From a virus (lineage: Duplodnaviria; Caudoviricetes): 61,019 nucleotides of DNA. Positions 1-8,881 of the stretch are shown in pieces (position 1 is the stretch's first letter; every line of letters starts with the position of its first letter). The position numbers and the translations under genes are program-made. The notes beneath the pieces are model-generated. The model was not told the origin of the DNA and searched no databases. It saw only the letters and a program-made list of their open reading frames with translations. Where the stretch lies: positions 1 through 61,019 of IMG/VR virus record IMGVR_UViG_3300020171_000029. The stretch is one strand, 5' to 3'.

Positions 1-1
1 C

Positions 2-394
2 ATCAAACCCGCCATAATTTGTTCCGTCTCCAAATCTACTTGTTCCTATAACTTGAAGTCGTGCTTCAGGACTTGTTGTCCCAATCCCCACATTTCCGTT
101 AGTTGAATTGACGAAAAAGACAGAGTTGTTTATTTTAAAGTCGTTTGCTCCTAAGTCGACGTTTGACGTTGCTCCGACGTAGGGGATGTAAAGTCCAGAA
201 TTATTCCAAGTTCCTATTAGATTTCCAAAGAAATTATCTGCTGTAACATTATCTCCTGAAAAATTTGATGTAACTATATAATCTAATTTTCCTGTCCAAG
301 GATTATAAACTGTACTTAATTGGAATGCTAATACAGTTCCAACTAACAAAAGAAAAAACATACCTATAAATATTTGTTTAACTATATGCTTCAT
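2..394 (-). CDS. Secreted/fibre-like protein, N-terminal part (runs off window); not in ORF track
   Basis: Manual translation from ATG 394: MKHIVKQIFIGMFFLLLVGTVLA (Sec-like signal) then YNPWTGKLDY...YIPYVGATSNVDLG...NGNVGIGTTSP, a motif typical of beta-rich fibre/adhesin proteins; frame open to window edge. Confidence 0.7.
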   Translation of the reverse strand, partial: MKHIVKQIFIGMFFLLLVGTVLAFQLSTVYNPWTGKLDYIVTSNFSGDNVTADNFFGNLIGTWNNSGLYIPYVGATSNVDLGANDFKINNSVFFVNSTNGNVGIGTTSPEARLQVIGTSRFGDGTNYGGFD

Positions 395-1652
395 ATATTC
401 CACTCCTATTATCCCAAACTTTATCAAAATTTACATTCCCTGAACCAAATAATACTGAAACAGGTAATTGTAAATTTGAACTTGTTCCTGAATATCCCAT
501 CTTCCTTAATTGCCATCCAATAGAACTTGTCACTGTTCCTGGTAATGCCAATCCTAAATAAATTGGTTGTAATGAATCTTGATAATCCATTCTTTGAATT
601 AAATTTGTTGTAAAATCACTTATAAGTCCTGAAACATAAATCTCTGTCTTTGGCATATTAACAATTGAACCACCTAATCTTGTTGATGAAGAAATTATTA
701 CACTTCCAATCCCTTTCATAGCCATAGAACCAGTCATATTGCCGTTTATAAATATTAATCCACTAACTCCGATTAATGGAGCTGATTTAATTACAACAGA
801 ACCAATAACATTAGTTCCACTAATACCAACAGGGTTTTGTATCCAAATGTTACTACCAGTTGTTACACTATCTGTAACTGCTACCAAATCCCTAATATCT
901 AAATTAGTTGAGGCAACAGTAGTTGTAGGCATAGACCATATACTACCTGTATATCCAGTCCAACTTCCTATTGTAGCAGGATTATTTATATCAACTGCAG
1001 GCATATTAACTACACTACCAGCAATCCTATTATAAACAGAAGTGCTTCCTAATAAAGTTACAATACTATCTGATGTTACTGTTAAATCTCTAATATCTAA
1101 ATTTGTAGCAGTAATTGGAGGAAGATAAACGATAGAACCAGCTACCTGATTAGTAACCTTTAAATCATCTAATTTTGCTCCACTAATACCTAATACTGGA
1201 GCTGATTTTATAACAACACTTCCAATATCATTTGTTCCACTAATTCCAATAGGATTCTGAACCCAAACATTACTTCCTGTTGATACAGAAATAGATGGCA
1301 TAGAATAAATACTTCCTGCAGTTTGAACAACATTATAAATAGAAATAGAGCCTCCTTTGATATATGATTCTGAACCAGCTGAAACTGAAACAGTAGGCAT
1401 ACTCGAAATAGAACCAGCAACTATTAAATATGAACCAGCTTCTATTCTTGTTGATTGAACATTTACACCATCATATGCTCCAATCAAAGAGGCAGAACCC
1501 AAACCAGCAGCACCAATTTTAGTAGTAGCCGGGTCTGCAGCAGCTGTTATTGCAGGCATAGAAGTAATACTTCCTGCAACCCACAATCTATGACTATCAT
1601 CTACAATAGCATTATTTCCACTTCCAATTCCATCCATTAACATTTCTGCCAT
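378..1652 (-). CDS. Gly/Ser-rich repetitive putative virion (fibre/decoration) protein
   Basis: 424 aa; repeats AGSIxSMP, TNLDIRDL x2, TGSN.W.QNP.GISGTN.IGSVVIKSAP..G.SG x2; lies in morphogenesis operon. Confidence 0.6.
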   Translation of the reverse strand: MAEMLMDGIGSGNNAIVDDSHRLWVAGSITSMPAITAAADPATTKIGAAGLGSASLIGAYDGVNVQSTRIEAGSYLIVAGSISSMPTVSVSAGSESYIKGGSISIYNVVQTAGSIYSMPSISVSTGSNVWVQNPIGISGTNDIGSVVIKSAPVLGISGAKLDDLKVTNQVAGSIVYLPPITATNLDIRDLTVTSDSIVTLLGSTSVYNRIAGSVVNMPAVDINNPATIGSWTGYTGSIWSMPTTTVASTNLDIRDLVAVTDSVTTGSNIWIQNPVGISGTNVIGSVVIKSAPLIGVSGLIFINGNMTGSMAMKGIGSVIISSSTRLGGSIVNMPKTEIYVSGLISDFTTNLIQRMDYQDSLQPIYLGLALPGTVTSSIGWQLRKMGYSGTSSNLQLPVSVLFGSGNVNFDKVWDNRSGIYEAYS

Positions 1653-1903
1653 TATTGTTTCTCCTCGTTTAAACTATTATTTAATATTTGAAGTTCACCT
1701 AAAATTAACCACAAAAGATAATTACCTACTTCTGGAGCACCACTATCAAAAACAGGTTTTACTAAATCTCTATCTCTTAATTGGTCACCCAACAATTTCA
1801 TATCATTAAAGAATTGCTGAATATTCAAATCTGTTCTTGGATTTTCTTCAACTTCTTCCATTTCTTCAACTTCTTTTATTTGCTCTTTAATTTCTTTTGT
1901 CAT
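1652..1903 (-). CDS. Hypothetical protein
   Basis: 83 aa ORF overlapping both neighbours. Confidence 0.6.
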   Translation of the reverse strand: MTKEIKEQIKEVEEMEEVEENPRTDLNIQQFFNDMKLLGDQLRDRDLVKPVFDSGAPEVGNYLLWLILGELQILNNSLNEEKQ

Positions 1904-2225
1904 TTTTTAAATCAATATAAGTTAATTTATTTCTTTGTCTATGAGTACTTATCCTAACTCCTCTCCTTGTTAATGCTTCTTTTTGTTCTCCTTCAATTCC
2001 AGCTCTTGTTCCCCATAATTCATTTTCCATTCCTTGTCTCATAACCTCTTGTGGTGACTTAGTTCCTTGCCCACTTTCATCTTCCCAATCCCCAACAACA
2101 ACCACATCCTCTTGTTTTAATGCTTCAGTTACTTCAATTTGTTCTCCACAGTTATGAACAAAATCTGTGCAATCAAATCCAACTGTATATCTCTGATTAC
2201 AATTTGGACATAAATGAATACTCAT
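1887..2225 (-). CDS. Hypothetical Zn-ribbon protein
   Basis: CPNC...HNC; ATGA overlap with upstream gene. Confidence 0.65.
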   Translation of the reverse strand: MSIHLCPNCNQRYTVGFDCTDFVHNCGEQIEVTEALKQEDVVVVGDWEDESGQGTKSPQEVMRQGMENELWGTRAGIEGEQKEALTRRGVRISTHRQRNKLTYIDLKNDKRN

Positions 2226-2374
2226 TTTTCGATTTCCTCTAACATTTTATTTTTATTTTCCATTTCTTTCAAATATAATTTATAATAACATTCTCCACAA
2301 ATCCATTTACCACCATAAGCGACAAATGCTTCATTCTTACAATTCTTTACTGCACATTTCGGTCTATTATTCAT
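2222..2374 (-). CDS. Small Zn-finger protein
   Basis: Start at ATGA overlap with portal stop (MNNRPKC); CxxxxC...CxxC. Confidence 0.6.
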   Translation of the reverse strand: MNNRPKCAVKNCKNEAFVAYGGKWICGECYYKLYLKEMENKNKMLEEIEK

Positions 2375-4860
2375 TTTAGTTCCACCACTGGAGAATAGCA
2401 ACATCTGCACATAGGATGAATGGGCAATCCTGGTTCCTGTCCAATTTCATAAATAGTTCCATTCAAAGATTCACATTCTTGACACGTCCTATTCCCAAAA
2501 CTCGCTATATGTTTAATTCTTTTTATATCATTCTCTTTATAATAATCAACTGCTCCTTGATTTGCCATTCTTGTAACTTCACTTCTCACAATTCCAATTC
2601 CTCTCTTATCTGCACTCTTTGACAATATTGGTAATCCAGATATACCTAACTTTATATCACCTTCAGCAGTCATTCGATATAAATCCTTCAAACCAACTTT
2701 CTTATCAACTTGCATTGCCATCTCTTTCATCCCTAATCCCTTCTTAAATCCATTGTCTAATATTTTTCTTGTAATTTCAATTTGCTCTAAAGTAAGATAT
2801 CCAGCTTCCAACTCAATTTCATTAACTGCCTTTATATAATCAAAATCATAAACTGCAAGTGCTGCAATAATATGTCCTAAATATTTCTTATAATTAAAGC
2901 CAAGCCATTCACTTACATCATTTATATCATCAAATCCTTCTGTGCAATGAGCACATTCTTTCTTATGCTCATAATTCTCCTGTTCTTCTGTTCTCTTAAT
3001 CTTAACAACTAATTTCTCTTTACCAAATCCTTTAATTTGTGCTAATCTTTTTTCTGCTTGTGCTTTTGTAGGATAACATCCAAATTTCTTTCCTGTTTGA
3101 TGACTAAACACACAATACTCATTTCCAACTTTCTTTATATACTCCTCAACATGTTTTTCTTCAATATCAGTATCAACACTCTCAGTTTTTCTTGTAATTT
3201 TAAACGGTTGAAGTAATCCTTGTCGTTTATAAGCCATTTTCTTTAATTTATGAACTTTACTTTTAACAACTGGTACTTCTTCCTTTTTTATAGGTATCTC
3301 TTGATTTATTTTCTCTTCTTTATTTTTTGCCATTTGGTCTATAATTGATTTTAAGAAAATCATATCTTCTTCTCTCTTTGCTTTTAGTTCTTCTTTAGTC
3401 ATTTCTTGTTGCTTAATTAAATATTCATTTCTCATTTCCTCTTGCTTCTTTATTACCTCTATAAATCCAGCTAACATCTCTTCAGGTTTAGGTTGTTTAG
3501 GTTGCTCAGCTTTTGGTTGTGGCTTTTGAGGAAATCCTTTATTCTGTCCAGGAACAATAGGTTGTGGTTGTGTTTCCAATCTCTTTCTTTCCTCCTCTTC
3601 CTTTTGTTCTTGCTCCAATCTCAACTTTTCCCATTCATCTTTATCCAACTTCAATAAATTAATCATTTCTTCCTCAAGCATTATATTCATAGCACCAGTA
3701 ATTGTAGCTGATTTCATCATATCAGAAATCAACTTCATCCTTGCTTCAACTTGCAACATACTTGGTGTTCCCCATTCAAATTCAACATGAACATCTAATC
3801 CATTTGCTTGTAAAACTCTCTTAAATATCTTCTCCTCAATAATTTTTTCTAATTCAGCCTGTATAGATTGTATCCTTCTCTGAAATACATCCACTTGTGC
3901 TCTTGCTATTCCTTCATTAATATTAGCCATTCCCATAACAACAGCAGGAATCTGGAATGCATAAAATAACATTTCTAAATCATGTTTTAATATTGAATCA
4001 AACTTTCCTCCAATATTTCCAAAGTCAACAACTTTTAACTCAACTAAATCATCTGTAGCCCAATTTGTCTTCTTACTCATAAGCTCCATCTTTTTTCCAT
4101 AAGCATCAATATCCTCTTTTTTTGGTATAATCTTTATATCACCATCAACCTTTCCTAACTTTGCCTGCAATGGACTATTTGCTTTTCTTTCCATAAGCCA
4201 ATGTTGGTCTCTTTGCATTCTTAAAAAATTATCAACTAATGGCATAGCAGAATATCCAATTCCAATTCCATAAGCACAATCACCAACAATATTAAATGGA
4301 ACATGAGCAATTTGGTCTACAGAAAAATTTATAGTCTTCTGCTTATCAAATTTAGCAAAAGCACCTTTATATTGATTATACTCTTCTACCTTTCCTTTTT
4401 TATCTCTCTTAACATACATATAATTTGCATTAAGGACTTTCAATCCTTTAACACCTTCTTTCTTGCTACCGCCAATCTCCAAGAAACCATTTCCCTTAAC
4501 TAATGCTTCCTTTGCCCATTGTCTTAAAATAGTATCAAAATTAACATCCTGCATAAATTCCTCTATAATTGTTTTTGCTCTTGCATCCTTACACTCAATA
4601 TAAAATCCAGGTCCAATAACAAAATCAACATACTTATCAACAACAGAGGTAAATAAACCAAACTTCTTATAAAGTCCTTCTAATTGTGTAAAATCAAAAG
4701 GATGTTCCTCACCAAGGTCAGTAGGAAACTTAATCTCTATCTGTTCAACCTCACCTTTAAATTGTTCTAATAAATTAATTTGTCCCACTTCATTAAGACT
4801 TGATAATTGTGGTTTATAATCAATTTCAACTATTGCCTTCTCTCTAAATGGGTTCCACAT
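2371..4860 (-). CDS. Portal protein fused to C-terminal MuF/SPP1 gp7-like head morphogenesis domain
   Basis: Follows TerL; portal-like N-terminal ~430 aa (KEALVKGNGFLEI, AYGIG, AFQIP..VMG); Pro/Gln linker; C-terminal IVRSE.TR..N.G, RTCQEC, PIHPMCRC typical of MuF. Confidence 0.85.
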   Translation of the reverse strand: MWNPFREKAIVEIDYKPQLSSLNEVGQINLLEQFKGEVEQIEIKFPTDLGEEHPFDFTQLEGLYKKFGLFTSVVDKYVDFVIGPGFYIECKDARAKTIIEEFMQDVNFDTILRQWAKEALVKGNGFLEIGGSKKEGVKGLKVLNANYMYVKRDKKGKVEEYNQYKGAFAKFDKQKTINFSVDQIAHVPFNIVGDCAYGIGIGYSAMPLVDNFLRMQRDQHWLMERKANSPLQAKLGKVDGDIKIIPKKEDIDAYGKKMELMSKKTNWATDDLVELKVVDFGNIGGKFDSILKHDLEMLFYAFQIPAVVMGMANINEGIARAQVDVFQRRIQSIQAELEKIIEEKIFKRVLQANGLDVHVEFEWGTPSMLQVEARMKLISDMMKSATITGAMNIMLEEEMINLLKLDKDEWEKLRLEQEQKEEEERKRLETQPQPIVPGQNKGFPQKPQPKAEQPKQPKPEEMLAGFIEVIKKQEEMRNEYLIKQQEMTKEELKAKREEDMIFLKSIIDQMAKNKEEKINQEIPIKKEEVPVVKSKVHKLKKMAYKRQGLLQPFKITRKTESVDTDIEEKHVEEYIKKVGNEYCVFSHQTGKKFGCYPTKAQAEKRLAQIKGFGKEKLVVKIKRTEEQENYEHKKECAHCTEGFDDINDVSEWLGFNYKKYLGHIIAALAVYDFDYIKAVNEIELEAGYLTLEQIEITRKILDNGFKKGLGMKEMAMQVDKKVGLKDLYRMTAEGDIKLGISGLPILSKSADKRGIGIVRSEVTRMANQGAVDYYKENDIKRIKHIASFGNRTCQECESLNGTIYEIGQEPGLPIHPMCRCCYSPVVELK

Positions 4861-4880
4861 ATAAATTATATGTTATTATC

Positions 4881-4918
4881 ATTTAAAAATATATTTTAAT
4901 AAATTATATAATTAACTA
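4881..4918 (-). promoter_or_regulatory. Putative late promoter element (copy 1)
   Basis: 38-bp sequence with 2 mismatches to 56439-56476; ATTATATAAT palindrome plus TTTTTAAAT box about 21 nt before portal ATG. Confidence 0.65.
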
Positions 4919-6289
4919 ATACAAAGAAGGTGACCAATCAACATTCTCTGTGGCTACCCAACAAGCAAGAGCAAGAGCATCTGGATAGTCATCAAATCTA
5001 TTTTCAGAATGATGTATCTTTATATCACCCGAACTCATCCTTTCATACCTCAAATCTCTCAATTGAAATATCAACTTCTTATGATTAGGAAACTTCAATT
5101 TGCCTTGGTTCATAAGTTTTTTGAGATTAGAATATATATCCATTTTAAACCGAGTGGTAAACCTAAATCCATTAACTATGGCACTATTTATTCCTACCTT
5201 CTCAAATTCTTCTTTTAGCCAATCTGCAGGTCCTTCGCCCATTCCAGTTTTATCCAATCCCATAGAAGAATACTGATATTTATTATTTAACATACTATTC
5301 ATACCAACAATCTCTCTTGGTTTATTTTTAAGATAATTATCAATACTAACAACTCTTATTCCACCACCATGCCCTAAAACAGAAATAAAAACACTCTCAT
5401 CTTCTCCTTCTCCTGCAATATCATTTCCAAGATAATAATTATACTTTGATTTAGGTTCTTCAGGAATATTATATTCTTCTATACAATTCTCAATTTCATC
5501 TTTATTAAAATACTTATCTCTATCTTCAACAAAATTTCCATAAATTTCACATTGAACATACTCACTATCTTCTCCATAATCTTTTATATCCTTTTCTATC
5601 TCTTTAATTCCTTCTGGCAAAATATATGGATTATCTTTATAATTATAATGGAAACAACCATAATCTTCATCGCCATCCATTCCCCTTCTCCATAATTCCC
5701 AAACTTCACCTCTTCCCCAAGGAGTTGTTGTTTCCCAAACAGGAGCACCAGTATCATATGTCAATGGCTTAATAGCATTCTTAGCACCCTCTTTTATAAA
5801 TGCACTTTCATCCTTAAACAATCGGTCATAATTTTCACCTCTTAAACTATTTGGATTATCCGCACTTCCAAAATCAATATAACTTCCATTCTTAAAAATA
5901 ATCTTAGGATATGGCGACATAATAGTTCTATCAATATCACCAAATACTTTTGCTCTATGCATAAGTTCTAAAATCTTATCATAAACAATAATTGTATGCT
6001 TATATTGAGGACCAATAACCATTTGCTTTTTAAATATTCTCAGAACAGCACCTCTTATAAGTTCCGCCGAAATCATCTGAGTCTTCCCACTTCTCCTTCC
6101 ACAAACAATAATCTTATTCTTATTTGGTGACAAAAGAACTTCTTTTTGTTTATCATGTGGTTCCTGATTTAAATAAGCAATTTGAAATCCAATTGGATTA
6201 TAGAAATCTTTAACACCAAGATTTATGTTCTCCATATCCATATTCTCCTTTGCCATGTATTTCATCATGACAATCTTTACATAAAGCAA
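4916..6289 (-). CDS. terL: Terminase large subunit (true start probably 6256)
   Basis: Walker A CGRRSGKT, Walker B LFKDESA, TTP, YKDNPY, RNase H-like GNDIA...DD.PDAL. Confidence 0.93.
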   Translation of the reverse strand: MLYVKIVMMKYMAKENMDMENINLGVKDFYNPIGFQIAYLNQEPHDKQKEVLLSPNKNKIIVCGRRSGKTQMISAELIRGAVLRIFKKQMVIGPQYKHTIIVYDKILELMHRAKVFGDIDRTIMSPYPKIIFKNGSYIDFGSADNPNSLRGENYDRLFKDESAFIKEGAKNAIKPLTYDTGAPVWETTTPWGRGEVWELWRRGMDGDEDYGCFHYNYKDNPYILPEGIKEIEKDIKDYGEDSEYVQCEIYGNFVEDRDKYFNKDEIENCIEEYNIPEEPKSKYNYYLGNDIAGEGEDESVFISVLGHGGGIRVVSIDNYLKNKPREIVGMNSMLNNKYQYSSMGLDKTGMGEGPADWLKEEFEKVGINSAIVNGFRFTTRFKMDIYSNLKKLMNQGKLKFPNHKKLIFQLRDLRYERMSSGDIKIHHSENRFDDYPDALALACWVATENVDWSPSLY

Positions 6290-6479
6290 TTACATCAACA
6301 TCCAATTCTTCATTTCCAATATTATCATAATTCAAATGATGTAATTGTGTTGCCTTCTCCCCACACTTAGAACAAACCCATCCTATCAATTCCATAATAT
6401 ATTTTCTTCTCTCCTTCCACTCATCACTCTTCAAATATTCAATATATTCAATCTTGTGCATCTTCTTCTCCAATAACAA
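6210..6479 (-). CDS. HNH endonuclease between TerS and TerL
   Basis: YLKSDEWK..R, CSKC, HHLNY, LCKDCHDEIH. Confidence 0.85.
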   Translation of the reverse strand: MLLEKKMHKIEYIEYLKSDEWKERRKYIMELIGWVCSKCGEKATQLHHLNYDNIGNEELDVDVIALCKDCHDEIHGKGEYGYGEHKSWC

Positions 6480-6861
6480 TTTGCTTCTTTTTCCAATTCC
6501 TTAATCTCTCCATAATAACATCGGCAGTAACATCGAGATTTAAATTAACATTCTGTTGAACTGGCGGATATAAATATTTCATGTAATCAAGAATCTTATT
6601 CATAAGCGTAACAGCATCCCTAACACATTCATTCTTTAGCTTCTTATCATCAGTTTCAAGCTTATCATTATCTTTAAGAATCTTTTTTAAAAGAATAAGA
6701 CAATCTTCTAATTCTTCTATACATTTATCTTTTGTCCATCTTCTTTTATAAGGTACCTTTCTTTGTCTGCTTCTATATTCCTCATCTACTTCAATGGGAC
6801 GAGAACCAAATCCATATTTATATGCTTCTGGATTTCCACTTCTTCCTTTAACACCTGCCAT
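6448..6861 (-). CDS. terS: Terminase small subunit
   Basis: N-terminal AGVKGRSGNP, helical body, QNVNLN tail; upstream of TerL. Confidence 0.7.
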   Translation of the reverse strand: MAGVKGRSGNPEAYKYGFGSRPIEVDEEYRSRQRKVPYKRRWTKDKCIEELEDCLILLKKILKDNDKLETDDKKLKNECVRDAVTLMNKILDYMKYLYPPVQQNVNLNLDVTADVIMERLRNWKKKQIVIGEEDAQD

Positions 6862-6892
6862 TTTATATCGTGTTCTATAAAAAAATATAAAA

Positions 6893-7327
6893 CTACTTCT
6901 CCTTTTTCTTTATTTCTCTATGCTCTCCAATCTCTTTTCCTTCAAGTGGCACAAAAACTGAAATTCCATGTCCTCTATTCTTACATTGATAATTCAAAGT
7001 ATATCCAATCATACCTTGTGTCTTTTTTCCATCATCTGTAAGCTTATCACCATATGTGTCTTCTTCACTTATAAGTTCAAATCTATCAGCATCCCCATAC
7101 TTCTCTAAATCGCCAATATCAACACTTATCTCTTCAAACTTAATAAAGCCATGTCTTCTTTCAGATTCTTTTTCTGCTGTTTCCATCTTATCTCTAAAAT
7201 CCAACCTTGCACATTGTTCATCAAATGGTTTATGCATCTTAACAAACCTTTGTGCAACTTCAGCAGCCTTCCTACTAAAAATAGTTATCGGCATAACAGT
7301 TCCAACATCTACATAATCTTTTGTCAT
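6893..7327 (-). CDS. Hypothetical protein
   Basis: 144 aa ORF in packaging operon. Confidence 0.65.
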   Translation of the reverse strand: MTKDYVDVGTVMPITIFSRKAAEVAQRFVKMHKPFDEQCARLDFRDKMETAEKESERRHGFIKFEEISVDIGDLEKYGDADRFELISEEDTYGDKLTDDGKKTQGMIGYTLNYQCKNRGHGISVFVPLEGKEIGEHREIKKKEK

Positions 7328-7629
7328 TATTTGTCCTCCTTTTCAACTTCTTTTACTTGTTCGACCTTTTCCTCAACTCCATCTCTTATCTGGCTCTGTA
7401 AAATATTTATTACATTCTTTACAGTTGCCAATTCAGATTCATATTCCTTTTTGTTCTGTTTAAAATCCCTGATATTCTTTTTATGGTTCATATCCAAACC
7501 AGTTTTCAACATCAAATCGTGATATTCAATCTGATACTCTAACCACTCTTTTTCTTGCTTCCTATTCTCTAATCCTTTCATAGCAAAAATCAATTCTTGT
7601 CCTTCCAATTTTCTTTTTTTAGTTTTCAT
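7327..7629 (-). CDS. Coiled-coil hypothetical protein
   Basis: 100 aa, heptad-rich; GGAGG upstream. Confidence 0.65.
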   Translation of the reverse strand: MKTKKRKLEGQELIFAMKGLENRKQEKEWLEYQIEYHDLMLKTGLDMNHKKNIRDFKQNKKEYESELATVKNVINILQSQIRDGVEEKVEQVKEVEKEDK

Positions 7630-7790
7630 TTATTTACCTCCATAAATTGTTTGTATTCTTGGCAAAATTTTATGTACTCATCCAACTTGACTTGAACAAA
7701 TTTTGATAACTTAAAATGCTCCTCACCATTCAAAAACTCTTGTTGGTCTTTTCCTATTGTAATGCATTTTTGAATAAAATTTTCATCCAT
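7626..7790 (-). CDS. Ribbon-helix-helix-like DNA-binding protein (not in ORF track)
   Basis: MDENFIQKCITIGKDQQEFLNGEEHFKLSKFVQVKLDEY...; 54 aa; ATGA overlap with next gene; first gene after promoter. Confidence 0.6.
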   Translation of the reverse strand: MDENFIQKCITIGKDQQEFLNGEEHFKLSKFVQVKLDEYIKFCQEYKQFMEVNK

Positions 7791-7835
7791 CTTCAGTTAT
7801 ATATAAAATATATATAGAAAATATAAAAATCATAT

Positions 7836-7867
7836 ATTTAAAAATCTATTTAAGTAAATTATATAAT
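7836..7867 (-). promoter_or_regulatory. Putative late promoter element (copy 3)
   Basis: atttaaaaatctatttaagtaaattatataat, 3 mismatches to 4881-4912. Confidence 0.55.
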
Positions 7868-7869
7868 AT

Positions 7870-7955
7870 AAAATCCCAGTAACTTTCCTGGGTGTCAGAG
7901 GTTCGATGCACCGGACGTTGACCGGTATCCGTAGCCTCAGGGTGTTAACAACCCA
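7870..7955 (-). ncRNA. GC-rich structured RNA with terminal hairpin/terminator
   Basis: Stems GAGG/CCTC, GAT/ATC, ACCGG/CCGGT; GGG[T]TGTTA/TGACACCC; CCCAG-N8-CTGGG followed by ATTTT. Confidence 0.55.
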
Positions 7956-7956
7956 A

Positions 7957-8040
7957 TGCCCCCAGCAGGAATCGAACCTGCAACCATTCCATTTAGAAAG
8001 TGCGACATTGGTTGTCTCTTTGTTTCTTTCTTTAAGGGGC
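7957..8040 (-). tRNA. tRNA-like element (Arg-TCT-derived?), non-canonical
   Basis: Acceptor GCCCCT/GGGGGC-A, perfect T arm GCAGG-TTCGATT-CCTGC, TTTCTAA loop relic; no D stem or canonical anticodon stem. Confidence 0.55.
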
Positions 8041-8095
8041 ATCCCCGTCTTTTCAACGGGGTACTCAATAGGATTAAGTTATTACTTAACCCGTA
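8041..8095 (-). ncRNA. Two-hairpin spacer RNA between tRNA-like elements
   Basis: GGGTTAAGT-AATA-ACTTAATCC and CCCCGT..GAAA..ACGGGG. Confidence 0.45.
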
Positions 8096-8190
8096 TGCAG
8101 ACGGCAGGATTCGAACCTGCGAAGGGATTAATACCCACTTTGTCGCGATTACGCCTTCAGTTCCTTTGTCCGCTTGGATGTACGGTCTGC
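8096..8190 (-). tRNA. tRNA-Leu-like (class II) element with remodelled anticodon arm
   Basis: Acceptor GCAGAC/GTCTGC-A, D arm TCC-AAGCGGACAAA-GGA, variable arm GGG/CCC, T arm GCAGG-TTCGAAT-CCTGC; anticodon arm 23 nt with GCG-TAAT-CGC. Confidence 0.65.
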
Positions 8191-8213
8191 TTAAAATAAA
8201 AAAATAAACAAAG

Positions 8214-8221
8214 TTTATAAA
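8214..8221 (-). promoter_or_regulatory. TATA box for the ncRNA locus
   Basis: TTTATAAA 23 nt upstream of the 5' G (8190) of the Leu-like element. Confidence 0.6.
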
Positions 8222-8230
8222 TCTATTTTA

Positions 8231-8653
8231 TTAAATCTTATGTTGTTCATATCTCAAAACCTTTGATATATTAACCTTCTTTGAAGATTTTATCTCAACA
8301 AGTACAACACTATTTTTTACAACATTACTCCTCTCACTAAGTTCTTTTATAAACTTCTTTGCATCTAATTCTGATGTAAAAAACTTACAAGGGTCTTGAC
8401 TTGTTTCATCCCAAACTACAAGATGTGTTGGTTTCTTTGGAACATATTTTGAGCCACTGACCTTTTCATACCTACAAGCAAAAGGTTGAGCTTTATTTCC
8501 ATTTGGCAAAATTACTGTACAATTAAATTCTTCATTATTAGTACAAACATCATTATCTGCAGTAACAATTGTTCCCCTTGGATATTCCCTTAAAGAAGAT
8601 GTACTATTATCAATAATCCTCAACTTATCTCCTTTTTTCCATTCATATTTCAT
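8231..8653 (-). CDS. Hypothetical protein (SH3-like N-terminus)
   Basis: WKKGDKLRII...GTIVT pattern; strong GAGGTGA/GGAGGT SD. Confidence 0.65.
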   Translation of the reverse strand: MKYEWKKGDKLRIIDNSTSSLREYPRGTIVTADNDVCTNNEEFNCTVILPNGNKAQPFACRYEKVSGSKYVPKKPTHLVVWDETSQDPCKFFTSELDAKKFIKELSERSNVVKNSVVLVEIKSSKKVNISKVLRYEQHKI

Positions 8654-8834
8654 CTTTTTTCTTACCTCCTTTCACCTCTATATCAACTCCGACCATAAAT
8701 CCACACCTACACAACGTCATAATTGTATCTTCACCAACTTCCATATCTCTCTTACAATTATCACACTTAACAATAATCATCTTCTTCTCCTTCACAATAC
8801 TCTTTGCTCCACATAACCTCATTTCCACACTCAC
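8643..8834 (-). CDS. Small Zn-ribbon protein
   Basis: CDNC...CRCG; start uncertain. Confidence 0.5.
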   Translation of the reverse strand: MSVEMRLCGAKSIVKEKKMIIVKCDNCKRDMEVGEDTIMTLCRCGFMVGVDIEVKGGKKKDEI

Positions 8835-8881
8835 AAATATACTTCATAAGCTCACAATCTGAAACCATTAACTCGTTACAA

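Noticed and set aside
7880-7955. Twister or hammerhead ribozyme, or SRP RNA
   Set aside because: Only superficial similarity; conserved catalytic or helix-8 nucleotides could not be matched by eye
7830-8207. ORFs 7830-8042, 7906-8199 and 7956-8207
   Set aside because: They overlap the structured RNA locus; the peptides (GIEPAT, AGFEPA) are typical antisense translations of tRNA T arms
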